From an uncultured Pseudobdellovibrionaceae bacterium (GTDB lineage Bacteria > Bdellovibrionota > FAC87 > UBA2466), in contig CAZBJE010000003.1 of assembly GCA_964492125.1 (NCBI GenBank), positions 27,788 to 91,787 on the forward strand: a stretch of 64,000 bases of DNA, written 5' to 3'. Position numbers and translations under genes: made by a program. The notes beneath the pieces were generated by a model. That model was not told the DNA's origin. It made no database searches and was given only the letters and a program-made list of their open reading frames with translations. Position 1 is the first letter of the stretch; the number at the start of each line of letters is the position of its first letter. Of the stretch, positions 42,342 to 51,761 are shown one piece after another.

Positions 42342-43126
42342 CGTTTCGGTGGGAGGGGCAGGAACGCCGAGGTGTTACGCAAGTACGCCGCGTATTCCTC
42401 GCCCCGTCTCGCTTTCATGGCATTTTCCGTCGCGGGAATCCCCGTAAATTTGAGCAAGAAGCCCAGCATCATCGCTGCCGAAACCCACGCGGTCGCGCCC
42501 CAAGGTGAGGCGGTGGCGAAGGTGGCGAATCCACACCAAGTAAGCCACTCAAAGAAGTAATTTGGGTGGCGAGAGTAACGCCACAGTCCCGTGTTCAGGA
42601 CGCGGCCCGAGCCCCCGGTCTTCCGGAAGCGGGCAAGCTGGTAATCGGCCGTCGCTTCTCCGGCGACTCCCGCGGCTACAATGGCGAGACCTACCCATTC
42701 CAGTGCGGTTAAGGAATCGGTGGGGTTACAGAGTACCGCCAACCAGGGAAGGCTCATCACTGTGGAGACCACGCCTTGGAAGAGGAAAAAGACGAGAAGT
42801 TTGAGTTCCGCGCTCCGGCCCCACTCTTTACGGAGGGTGGCATAGCGTCGGTCTTCGGTAGGAAATTCCCGCCACCACCGTGCAAAGAGATGAAAGCTCA
42901 GCCGGCCGCTCCATAGCAAGAGTGCGGCTCCCAGCGCCCAGACTCGAGGGCCATCTGCTCCCGAGAGCGCCACAAACAGGGCGTACAGGGGCAGGTAGCT
43001 AAACGCCCAAACGGGATCGACAAGCCCTGCATTTTTCAGCCGATAGGCCACCGCCCAGGTGGCGGTGAAAAGATAGAAAGCTAAAGCCAGAGCATAGAGG
43101 GCGAGCGACGTAAGCACAGTGATCAT
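42338..43126 (-). CDS. DUF1295 / steroid-5-alpha-reductase-like (ICMT/PEMT-fold) membrane protein.
   Basis: [21 protein letters not shown] and the ...[11 protein letters not shown]-terminal motif. Multi-TM. Confidence 0.5.
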
Positions 43127-43200
43127 GGCTTTATTGTGCCGATGGTTCGCGTAAAGCGAAACCGATTTGACAGGCCTTGCGTGCTTGATTGAAGTGACGC

Positions 43201-44592
43201 ATGCCCAAATGGATCGCCGTTTGTCTTTTGCTCGCCGCTACCCGGCTTTTGTTTCCGGGTGATATCGCCTTCATCCATGATGAAGCGGAATTGGTGGCCC
43301 GAGCCCGGGCCCAAAATGCCAGCGGTGAATGGGCCACCCATGGATTGCGTGGATCGCGCGGCGTGGAGTACGGCCCCGCGCCCACCCTTTTTTACCGCGC
43401 TCTTTTGAGCGTGACGGATTCGCCGTTGGTTTTGGTGTTCTTGAAAACAGCGATTCTCTCCGCGCTCATGCTTTGGAGTGTGGTGGGTTTCTTGCGGCTT
43501 TTCCCGACGGTACCGCGCTGGTGTGGGTGGGTTCCGTTTCTTAGCTTGTACCTTTGGTTTTACTCCCGCGATCTTTGGGACAACTCTTTGCTGACTGGTG
43601 TCACCTCGGTACTGGTCTTCGCGTATTTTACTTTTTTGCAAAATGCTCGGCGCCGCTGGCTGGTCTTGGTCGGCGCTTGTTCGGTTGTGGCCATCTTGAT
43701 CCATCTCATGGCTTTGCCGGTCGTCGCCGCGGTAGCTCTGCATTTTTTGGGGGCGCGTTTGGGTTGGATTAAAAAGCACCCTGTTTTTACCGGGGTGTTG
43801 CTGGCCGGGTGCGCAGCCGCGCTCTGGCCCTATATTGCCCACCTTTTGGCGGCGCCGCACGAGCCGGCCGGCCCCTGGAGTTTTCGCCCGGCTTCCTTTT
43901 TCTTTGGTCTGTACGGCGCGCGCAGTTTCACGGCTGCCGCGTTGGAGTATTTTTTTGGTTGGGGCTGGTTTTTGCTCGGGCCTTGGCCACTGCAGGCTCT
44001 TTGTGCGGCGGCAGTGGGGGCGACGCTGTACGCTTTCGTACCCACCTTTTACGGGGTGTGGGTTTGTGCTCGCCGGGTTTGGGGCGGTCCACCCGATTTG
44101 GCTCGCTCGGCCGCTTTGGTTTCGCTTCTGGCCTGGGGTCTGCACGTAGGGTTGATGACGGGCAATGGTTTGGTGAGCCACCCCCACTATTACAACGCCA
44201 TCTGGTTCGTGTTTTTCGTCTTCTTCTGTTTTGGCCAAGCGGCCCTGCCCCGGCGCTCGGGGTGGAAGAGGGCGGGCCAGATTTACTTGGGCGGCATGGC
44301 GGTCAGTTACTTTGCCGGAGTGGGGATGATCCACTATTACTCGGGCAACCGCGAGATGCGTTACGGCACTACGTTGGGCAATCAGCTGGCTTTAGTGGCT
44401 GAAATGAACTGCTACCCGTTCGGCACCCCCTTGGCGGATGAGCGAACCCATTCGATGCTGGTTTCGTTGCAGACCTTGCGTTCGTTCGTCCCTTGCCAGG
44501 GCCAATCTCGGCGGACGGAGCGACTGCACTTGCGTTACGCCGCTCCGGAGGCTATTCGAGATGGACGCGTGGTTTTAGCGCCCTCGAATTAG
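43201..44592 (+). CDS. Polytopic membrane protein, possibly an ArnT/PMT-like (GT-C) glycosyltransferase.
   Basis: N-terminal TM, then DEAE in the first loop, then about 10 TM helices. Confidence 0.4.
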   Translation: MPKWIAVCLLLAATRLLFPGDIAFIHDEAELVARARAQNASGEWATHGLRGSRGVEYGPAPTLFYRALLSVTDSPLVLVFLKTAILSALMLWSVVGFLRLFPTVPRWCGWVPFLSLYLWFYSRDLWDNSLLTGVTSVLVFAYFTFLQNARRRWLVLVGACSVVAILIHLMALPVVAAVALHFLGARLGWIKKHPVFTGVLLAGCAAALWPYIAHLLAAPHEPAGPWSFRPASFFFGLYGARSFTAAALEYFFGWGWFLLGPWPLQALCAAAVGATLYAFVPTFYGVWVCARRVWGGPPDLARSAALVSLLAWGLHVGLMTGNGLVSHPHYYNAIWFVFFVFFCFGQAALPRRSGWKRAGQIYLGGMAVSYFAGVGMIHYYSGNREMRYGTTLGNQLALVAEMNCYPFGTPLADERTHSMLVSLQTLRSFVPCQGQSRRTERLHLRYAAPEAIRDGRVVLAPSN

Positions 44593-44647
44593 AGGGTCGA
44601 CTCGCCTGCCAAACTATGGCAGAGTCTTGACGTTTTTGGAGAAAGTT

Positions 44648-44977
44648 ATGAAGCCGACAGATAATAAAATGGAAAAACGCAGCGGTGGCCGTGGTGGAGA
44701 CGATCGCGGACGTGGCGGCGGCGGTGATGACCGTGGTGGAGATGCCGGCGGACGCCGTCGTTTCCCGGGCATGGATCGCGCCAAGCTCCCGCCTGGGTTC
44801 TTGTTCGATTATAAAAACCCCCTGATTTTGCGTAACTACGTTACCGAAGTCGGTAAGGTGATGCCGGGCCGGGTTACCCGTCTCTCGGCCAAGCAACAGC
44901 GTCAGCTGACGGTCTCGATCAAGCGGGCTCGTCATTTGGCCTTGCTCCCGTACAACGACAAATACAAAAAGTACTAA
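44648..44977 (+). CDS. rpsR: 30S ribosomal protein S18 with a Gly/Arg-rich N-terminal extension.
   Basis: C-terminal [40 protein letters not shown] matches S18. GGAGAAAG RBS before the ATG at 44648. Confidence 0.8.
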   Translation: MKPTDNKMEKRSGGRGGDDRGRGGGGDDRGGDAGGRRRFPGMDRAKLPPGFLFDYKNPLILRNYVTEVGKVMPGRVTRLSAKQQRQLTVSIKRARHLALLPYNDKYKKY

Positions 44978-45052
44978 GATACCGAGTCGTTAAATTCTCG
45001 GATCCAGACCCACGGATTTATGCTAAGAAGACTCCCAAATTGAGGGAGTTGT

Positions 45053-46156
45053 ATGCGTCCGTGGGTTTTTTCGTGCCTGCTTTTCACTCTTTCCTCGCCC
45101 GCTTGGGCGGCGGCCAAAATCGGTTACGGGTCCTCCACCGCGGTGGTTTCCCCGAGTTACCAAGAAAACGTTCTGCGGGGTTTTGAACTCGGAGTGGCGC
45201 GTTTGCTGGGGCCAGAAACCGGCGATAGCCCGTTTCTCGTCAAGCAGGTCAACGATAAATCCATCCAAGGCGCGACGGTCGCGGCTAACTCCTTGATTGA
45301 TTCGGGCGTGGTAGCGCTGGTGGGTTTCCCGGTCAGCCACGATGCGCTGCTCGCCGCCGATGTCGCTCGTAAGGCGGGGGTTTTGGCGATTTTCGGTTCC
45401 CCCTCCCATACCGCCATGGCGGAGAAGGGCCCGTTGGTTTATTCCACCGGGGCTTCCATTTCGACCCTGCAAGACGACCTGTTGCAGTTTCTGATTGAAA
45501 AGTTCCCCGGCAAAAAGGGGTTGGCGGTGGTGAATCCGTCGTCGGTGTTTTCGATCAATCAAGAGACCCTGCTCAAAGCGAAAATGGAAAAGCTGCCAGG
45601 CCTCAAAATCGAAATAGCCCGGCTCGCGGACGGCTTGGTGATGCCGGAAGCGGTGTTTTCGCGAATGAAAAAGGGTGAGTTTGATTACGTTTATCTCAGC
45701 CTCTACCCGGATGACCTGGTGGCCCTTTTTAACCAGATGCAGGCGGGTAAAGTGGACTTGCCCATGGTGGCGTTTGGCGGCCCGGATCCCGAAATTCTGC
45801 GCCGTTTTGTCGCAGTAAAAAAAGCCCCTTACTTTATCGGTACCACCTGGGTGCCCAGTGATCCCCAGATGAAGGAATTGGATAAAGAGGTTTTTAAGAA
45901 GTACGGCAAGAACGCCACCTTTGAAACCGTGATTGGGTACAACTTAGGCATGGTGGTAGGGCAGGTCATCAAGAGTGTCGAGGGCCCGCTGACCAAGTCT
46001 TCAGTGATCACGGCGTTTCGCAAAAAGTCCTGTTACGCAGTTTTAGGCAATCGCCAGCTTTGCTTTGGGCCCAATGGCGGGCACGCGACTAGCAACGGTT
46101 TGCGTTTCGCTCGGTTTAGTCAGGTGGGCATGGAGGCCCCGAAGGCCACTCCATGA
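45053..46156 (+). CDS. Periplasmic ligand-binding protein (type-1 PBP, LivK / Peripla_BP_6-like).
   Basis: Signal peptide plus PBP fold pattern. ATGA overlap with the downstream kinase. Confidence 0.6.
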   Translation: MRPWVFSCLLFTLSSPAWAAAKIGYGSSTAVVSPSYQENVLRGFELGVARLLGPETGDSPFLVKQVNDKSIQGATVAANSLIDSGVVALVGFPVSHDALLAADVARKAGVLAIFGSPSHTAMAEKGPLVYSTGASISTLQDDLLQFLIEKFPGKKGLAVVNPSSVFSINQETLLKAKMEKLPGLKIEIARLADGLVMPEAVFSRMKKGEFDYVYLSLYPDDLVALFNQMQAGKVDLPMVAFGGPDPEILRRFVAVKKAPYFIGTTWVPSDPQMKELDKEVFKKYGKNATFETVIGYNLGMVVGQVIKSVEGPLTKSSVITAFRKKSCYAVLGNRQLCFGPNGGHATSNGLRFARFSQVGMEAPKATP

Positions 46157-48234
46157 GTCAGCGTAAGTACAGATTACTGCGTAGCCTCACGCTCACTCAG
46201 TTAGCGGCGGTCTCGCTGGGAATTGCGCTGCTCTCCGCTGGGTATTTCTGGATTACGCGCGATACCTACCGGGTAGCGCTGGGTAACGAGCGCGCCAAGG
46301 TAAGCTTAAGCTTAGACGAGCAGCAGGCTAAGTGGCGCACCTGGAAGCAATTGGGTCTAGACGAAGCGCTCAAGCACGAACTCGTTTCGCATTCCAAAGT
46401 ATTCGCGCTTTCCGTTTTGGAAGTGCGCTCTGTCGATTCCATTCGAAAACCCTTGTCGCGCGAAGAAATTGCGATTCCCGACCTGGCCAAGGGCTCTGAC
46501 GACGGATTGGTGGTTTATGCTCGGCTCAATCCCGAACATATCGAAGCCGTGTATGTGCCGTACCGCTCGAATCTGTATTTGCTCGCTCTTTGTGGGTTTT
46601 TGTTCAGTATTATAATCCTCATTTCCCATCGCTACATACGCCGCAATATTTACGTGCCTTTTTTGGAGCTGCGCCGTGTTTTTGAAGATTGCAACGCGGG
46701 CAAAGAAGTCAGTGCGGAAAATATCGTCGCAAAAGGCGAGATTCGCGAGTTCATTCTCTCGCTCGTGGAGCTTTATAAAAAGCTGAAGGAAAATGAAAAA
46801 AATGCCGCCATGGTGGCAGTGGCTAAGCAGGTGGCCCACGATATCCGCTCGCCTCTATCGGCGTTGGATATGATTTTGGATACGCTGCCACAATTGCCGG
46901 AACAAAAACGATTGATTGTGCGCGGCGCGCTCAGTCGAATCCGAGATATTGCCAACAACATTTTAGAGCGCAGTCGCCGTTCGCTCCATTTGGCTGTGGA
47001 ATCGGCCAATATGGATGCTCAGGCCGACCTCGAGCCGGTGTCGGTTCAGTCGGTTGCGAGCCTTATCGAGGAGATCGTCGGTGAAAAGAAAGTGCTCCTG
47101 CGTGCGCGTCCAGGCGTGGTGGTGAAGGCAGCTTTGGATGAATCGGTTTATGGTCTGTTTGCCCGAGTGCAGCCGCAGACTTTCAAGACCTTGTTGTCCA
47201 ACCTTATCAATAATTCTTTGGAAGCCGTTGCCGACCAAGGTGTGATTTCGGTTGGAGTGGAAGCGGTCGAAGACCGTTTGCGGGTCACCGTGAGTGACGA
47301 CGGCATCGGCATGTCGTCTGAAACGCTGCAAGCGCTGCGGCAAACCGGCGGCACGTTCGGCAAGGCAGAGGGGCTGGGGCTGGGCCTCTCGCACGCCCGC
47401 GCGGCCATCGCACGCTGGGGCGGCCAGACAGAAATTGAATCCGAACAGGGCGTGGGAACGCGGATTGCGCTTTTCTTGCCGCTCGTATCGCCGCCCAGTT
47501 GGTTCGTGCCGGCGATTGAAGTGGTGGATGGCGGCACGGTGCTCATCTTGGATGACGATCCGAACATCCATTTGGTTTGGCAGCAGCGCTTCCAAGAAGC
47601 TATGGCCGAGAGTGGCACCCGTCTGTATCTCGAACATTTTTCAGATACCGTTTCGTTGCGGCGCTGGTGCACCGAGAACCAACGACTCATGCCCAAGATT
47701 CTTTTTCTCTGCGACTACGAAATAATGGGCGCAGCCGAAAATGGCATCGAGCTGATTCGGTCCTTGTATCTAACTCGCAGAGCTATCTTGGTCACCGGCC
47801 GTTTTGACGAAGAGGCGGTACGGGAGGCCTGTGAGCGCGACGGAATTCGGCTGTTGCCCAAAGGGCTAGGTGGGTGTGTGCCCGTGCGGATAGCTCGAGC
47901 GCAAATGTCGGTGGACGCGATTTTGGTCGATGATGATCCGTTGGTCCATATGACCTGGGAGTTGGCGGCCAAAACGTCCCAGCACACTTTCCGCGGGTTT
48001 TATTCGGTGGATGAATTTCTGCGATCGGCCGATGGAATGGACCGCAATACGCCTGTCTATGTCGATCGGTACCTTGGGCCGGGAGAGCAGGGTGATGTTG
48101 CCGCCCGCCACTTAAATGAGGCCGGTTTTGGCGAAATTTACGTGGCTACTGGCGACCGCCCCGAACCTTCGATCTTTCCGTGGATCAAAGGCGTGCGAGG
48201 CAAGAATCCACCATGGGAAATGCCGTCTACTTAG
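46153..48234 (+). CDS. Hybrid sensor histidine kinase (TM/sensor, HisKA, HATPase, then two receiver domains).
   Basis: H-box VAKQVAHDIRSPLSAL. G-boxes DDGIGM...GLGLGLS. REC-like LILDDDPNIHLVWQQ and ILVDDDPLVHMTWEL. Confidence 0.8.
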   Translation: MSQRKYRLLRSLTLTQLAAVSLGIALLSAGYFWITRDTYRVALGNERAKVSLSLDEQQAKWRTWKQLGLDEALKHELVSHSKVFALSVLEVRSVDSIRKPLSREEIAIPDLAKGSDDGLVVYARLNPEHIEAVYVPYRSNLYLLALCGFLFSIIILISHRYIRRNIYVPFLELRRVFEDCNAGKEVSAENIVAKGEIREFILSLVELYKKLKENEKNAAMVAVAKQVAHDIRSPLSALDMILDTLPQLPEQKRLIVRGALSRIRDIANNILERSRRSLHLAVESANMDAQADLEPVSVQSVASLIEEIVGEKKVLLRARPGVVVKAALDESVYGLFARVQPQTFKTLLSNLINNSLEAVADQGVISVGVEAVEDRLRVTVSDDGIGMSSETLQALRQTGGTFGKAEGLGLGLSHARAAIARWGGQTEIESEQGVGTRIALFLPLVSPPSWFVPAIEVVDGGTVLILDDDPNIHLVWQQRFQEAMAESGTRLYLEHFSDTVSLRRWCTENQRLMPKILFLCDYEIMGAAENGIELIRSLYLTRRAILVTGRFDEEAVREACERDGIRLLPKGLGGCVPVRIARAQMSVDAILVDDDPLVHMTWELAAKTSQHTFRGFYSVDEFLRSADGMDRNTPVYVDRYLGPGEQGDVAARHLNEAGFGEIYVATGDRPEPSIFPWIKGVRGKNPPWEMPST

Positions 48235-49049
48235 CGGTCTAGGTCGGGCAAAACGTCATCGTGGATTAAGTAGCCTTCGAAGCTCACATTGTAATTCACG
48301 CCGTCGGGAAAAATGGACTTGAGCACCGGGCTTTTGGCGTACATTCGATCCATTTGCGGGCCGCCGTTCCACGCGTTGGCATTCTCGGGATCGTTGTTTT
48401 TCCAGCCTGGTTGGTTCAGTGCATGGGGGCCGTGATTGGTTTGGCTAACCAGAGTAAAGTCGTCAAACTTCCAAACCCCGCCGCCGGAGTTTCCATTGAT
48501 AATGCCCACGTTGTAGTTGAGGTAATCGCCTTCGCGGCTCTTGGCGTAGCCGGTTGCAATCATGGCCTTGGATTTATCTGCCGGAAAACCCACGGTGAAA
48601 AGTTTGGTGGCGCTGCCGTCGCGCCCTAGGGTGATCTCGGCGGCAGTGGTTTGCACCCGGGGCGCGTAGCGTTGAGCCCAGCGAGAATCCACTCGACTCC
48701 ACACTACTTCGGCGATGTCCCCATCGAAGCCGGCGTACTTTTCCGTCACGTTGACCACTTTCAGGTCGCCTTTGCAGCCGAGATACAGGCAGCCGCCCGA
48801 CGTGTAGGTGGCCCCTTTGCTCATGGTGCAGTGGTGGGCGGAAAGAATGTAACGCGGTGAGAGCATCGAGCCTGTACACCCGCCCATGTTTACCGTCCAA
48901 CGCAGGTCGTTGCCGGTCGCCTCCTGGCGGGTCTGTGTATCATTGTTAAAGATATCTAAAGGCAGGATACGAAAACCCTGCCCGAAGCTCACCGAACACA
49001 CCATGTACAACACACCGCTAAGCGCGAAACGCTGCATGCTTGTCTCCAT
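48231..49049 (-). CDS. Secreted trypsin-like (S1) serine protease.
   Basis: Signal peptide. SAHHC (His) and GNSGGGV (Ser) motifs. Confidence 0.7.
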   Translation of the reverse strand: METSMQRFALSGVLYMVCSVSFGQGFRILPLDIFNNDTQTRQEATGNDLRWTVNMGGCTGSMLSPRYILSAHHCTMSKGATYTSGGCLYLGCKGDLKVVNVTEKYAGFDGDIAEVVWSRVDSRWAQRYAPRVQTTAAEITLGRDGSATKLFTVGFPADKSKAMIATGYAKSREGDYLNYNVGIINGNSGGGVWKFDDFTLVSQTNHGPHALNQPGWKNNDPENANAWNGGPQMDRMYAKSPVLKSIFPDGVNYNVSFEGYLIHDDVLPDLDR

Positions 49050-49096
49050 TTAGGCTGGTTTTGGGGGATTTCGTCGACGGTACTTCTATTATGCCA

Positions 49097-50482
49097 TCAA
49101 GGTGCGACGGCTTCTATGGCGTAAAAATCGGGCCGCTTTTCGAGCTCGCGAATAGTTTGGTAATCGCGTTCCACGACGGCAGGGTCTTCGTGAACCAGTT
49201 CGAATTGACCCGGGTAGTTAAAAAAGTTGGTAGTGGGCACAATCCGTTTATCGATGCGTACATTGAGCTTTTTGCGAAAAAACGAAGGCAGGGCTTCGAT
49301 CGTTTTTAGGTACGGCAGGTCGCGCAAAATACCCGTTTTGGAATTCAACATGTAGACGATTTTCCCCGGCAACATTTTGCGCGGACGTTGTAGGCGCGCG
49401 TAGAAGGCGTCGGGATCGAGGTAGGCGTCCAGCACCGCATCCACCGGGTTCTCGCCCGTTGCTCTTTCCACCATCACCGGGAATTCACCGCCTGCCATCC
49501 GGGCGCCCACTTCCACGAGCCGAGGGCCCTTGGAGGTCATCTTGATTTCCATATGGACGGCGCCGTTGCGAATGCCCACCGCCGCGATGACTCGTAGGGC
49601 GTAATCGATAAGGCCCAAACGTTGGGCCTTTTCGAGAGTCAGCATGTCTTCGCTCTCGTAGACGACCGGTGCACCGTTAAACGGAATTTTATGGTAGAGC
49701 GTCACATCGGTGATGTAAGCATTGCCGTTATGCACGGCCATATCGACGACATATTCGTCTTTGCCGTCGAGATACTCTTGCAAAAGTACCTTACTAATGG
49801 GCTCCCCAGTTAATGGGTTTTCTGAAGACGTGATGGAATAAAAAGCGTGCGCTATCGATACAGGGTCGCGTTCGATCGCTACTTGGAATCCGGCAGCGGC
49901 GTCACGCGGTTTGAGTACAAGGGGTAAGCCCAAGGCGGGGGCTTCACGGTAAAGATCGTAGAGCGTAGAGACGAGGGCTTGCTGCGCAACGGGGATTCCG
50001 GCATCCGCACATGCTTTGATTTGTAAAAATTTATCGCGGCGTTGGTGGGTTAGGGCAGTGCCGTTGCCTACCAGCCCCAATCGCTCAGCCAATTCATCAG
50101 CGAGATTCACCCCGGTTTCACCGCCGGGTAAAACTGCAGCCAAATTCAAATGCCGCGTCTCGCGCACAAGGCGCTCCAGGTTCTCGTGGTAGACGAAGCG
50201 CTTATCTACATCGAAATCGTCCATGTGGATGGATTCGACAATTTCTCGATCCATTTTTGGGGTGGAAAGCACATGGACGGGATTGTAGCCGCGGCGGCGT
50301 AAGGCCTCGGCCAGGAGTGCACCGGAAGACACCGCATCAGCAATGAGGACGTGGCCTTTGTGAGGGGTGCCTGCGTTCTGGCGAATTCGGCCAGCACAAG
50401 TCGCACCGCTGAGGCTGCTACTGAACGAATAAGCAATGATGACGACAAGTGCTTGGAAACTAAGGTGCAAACTACTACCCAC
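49097..50482 (-). CDS. ATP-grasp domain ligase (carboxylate-amine ligase-like). N-terminus is uncertain.
   Basis: ATP-grasp core (LKPRDAAAG..., EYLDGKDEYVVD..., VEVGARMAGG). In-frame upstream extension to 50689 with no clean ATG. Candidate GTG at 50482 with GAGGGGAAGGG upstream; alternatives MNPL at 50554 or 50689. Confidence 0.6.
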   Translation of the reverse strand: MGSSLHLSFQALVVIIAYSFSSSLSGATCAGRIRQNAGTPHKGHVLIADAVSSGALLAEALRRRGYNPVHVLSTPKMDREIVESIHMDDFDVDKRFVYHENLERLVRETRHLNLAAVLPGGETGVNLADELAERLGLVGNGTALTHQRRDKFLQIKACADAGIPVAQQALVSTLYDLYREAPALGLPLVLKPRDAAAGFQVAIERDPVSIAHAFYSITSSENPLTGEPISKVLLQEYLDGKDEYVVDMAVHNGNAYITDVTLYHKIPFNGAPVVYESEDMLTLEKAQRLGLIDYALRVIAAVGIRNGAVHMEIKMTSKGPRLVEVGARMAGGEFPVMVERATGENPVDAVLDAYLDPDAFYARLQRPRKMLPGKIVYMLNSKTGILRDLPYLKTIEALPSFFRKKLNVRIDKRIVPTTNFFNYPGQFELVHEDPAVVERDYQTIRELEKRPDFYAIEAVAP

Positions 50483-50611
50483 AGGGCGAGTTACGCCCTT
50501 CCCCTCAGACGATTTATTTAATGCTCCGCAACAAGGAAAATCAAGCGGGTTCATAGGTGGAGAGCGAGATTTATGGAGGCCCAGGCACGCCTGATTTGGG
50601 CTTGAGCACCC

Positions 50612-50690
50612 TGCCGATAACATAATTATACTTATGCGACAGTCCAAAGGGCTGCTCTGGGTGAGGCTTTTAAAGGAAAAACACGCCATT
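50612..50690. promoter_or_regulatory. Conserved intergenic element, copy A: imperfect palindrome CATAAT-TATA-CTTATG followed by GCGACAG...TCTGGGTGAGG...AAAGGAAAAACAC.
   Basis: About 75% identical over ~65 nt to copy B at 59375-59440, in the same orientation. Contains -10-like TATACT. About 127 nt upstream of the kinase-like gene and upstream of the divergent ATP-grasp gene. Confidence 0.45.
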
Positions 50691-50747
50691 AAATGGTACT
50701 ATTTCGGCCTTGATCCGAGCTAGCGAACCTGGCTATTAGGTCTGACC

Positions 50748-51725
50748 TTGAGCTCGAAACTCCATATATTGCCCCTTCTCGCGGTGTTCGCTGTAAGTAG
50801 TTACGGGGCAATTCTCCAGCCCCGCAACTGTCTGCACAGGCTATTGGCCAGCGCAACCAACTTTCGTTCCCTCCTGCTTCGACTCGATATTCAATTGGAA
50901 GAGAAACCAGCGTGGAAAAACGGCTACAATCTCATTTGGATTGGAAGTCAGAAGCAAGGCGGGTTCTATCGTCGCGTTGTAGTAAAGCAAATCCGTCGCA
51001 CGGATCCGGATACTCCTCAGGACCCCGACAGTGAATACTCCGCGTTGCAAAAGCAAAACATTCCATCCGATTTCCTCAAAATGGGGCGCCATAGGGCGAT
51101 TGTCAGCCAATTCCATTCTGCAGTGGACGATGGCCCCGAGCCAGCTCCTCATCTTGACGCATTTTTAACGGATGCTGTTCTGAGTGCAGAGTGGGCCGGA
51201 GAATTGACGGAGAGTCTTTTTCAGGAAGTCGAAAAACTCCATCTCCATTCCCTGGCGCACAATGACCTTCACAGTGGGAACATTTTAGTGGCGATTCGAG
51301 GTGGGCATCCCGTTGCCCGGCTAGTTGATTTTGGACGCGCAGAGGCCCTCAACCCGAACTTGGAAGCCGGGGACGTGGACCTTTTGCGGCAAGCTATTGA
51401 GTCTGTCTACTCAAAACACGATATTTCACCAGAAATGAGGATGGTTTTGAAGGTTCCGAACCATTTCGCGTCGGTTCGGGACCTCAGGCAGGCTCTCGAG
51501 GAATCCAAGAACATTTCCACGTTTCCGCAAGTCTTCTCATCGCGAATAGCCACTTCGCTGCAAAAGGGTAAAAGTAGAAGTTTTGATATTGCCCTGGATA
51601 TATTTGGGCCCGCAATCGACTCTTCAATCCGCGAAGCGGTTTTTAGTCACCTTTCAGTGGAAGTGGTAGCTGGACTGAAAAAAGAATATCAAGAGTATAA
51701 GAACTACGCCCAGCCCTTATTCTAG
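50748..51725 (+). CDS. Protein-kinase-like (PKL / APH / Kdo-kinase-like) phosphotransferase with a hydrophobic N-terminal signal or anchor.
   Basis: Catalytic-loop-like HNDLHSGNILV and DFG-like LVDFGRAE. The listed start is TTG; true start uncertain. Confidence 0.5.
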   Translation: MSSKLHILPLLAVFAVSSYGAILQPRNCLHRLLASATNFRSLLLRLDIQLEEKPAWKNGYNLIWIGSQKQGGFYRRVVVKQIRRTDPDTPQDPDSEYSALQKQNIPSDFLKMGRHRAIVSQFHSAVDDGPEPAPHLDAFLTDAVLSAEWAGELTESLFQEVEKLHLHSLAHNDLHSGNILVAIRGGHPVARLVDFGRAEALNPNLEAGDVDLLRQAIESVYSKHDISPEMRMVLKVPNHFASVRDLRQALEESKNISTFPQVFSSRIATSLQKGKSRSFDIALDIFGPAIDSSIREAVFSHLSVEVVAGLKKEYQEYKNYAQPLF

Positions 51726-51761
51726 CGAATTACTTTCCAGTCCTTTCGGCTGCTTGGTACC

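Noticed and set aside
43123-44334. 403-aa minus-strand ORF antisense to the membrane GT-like gene
   Set aside because: Extremely Arg/Pro/Gln-rich low-complexity translation entirely inside a plausible 12-TM protein gene on the other strand. A GC-frame artefact.
46963-47696. 224-aa and 182-aa minus-strand ORFs inside the histidine kinase gene
   Set aside because: Antisense to clear HisKA, HATPase and REC coding sequence.
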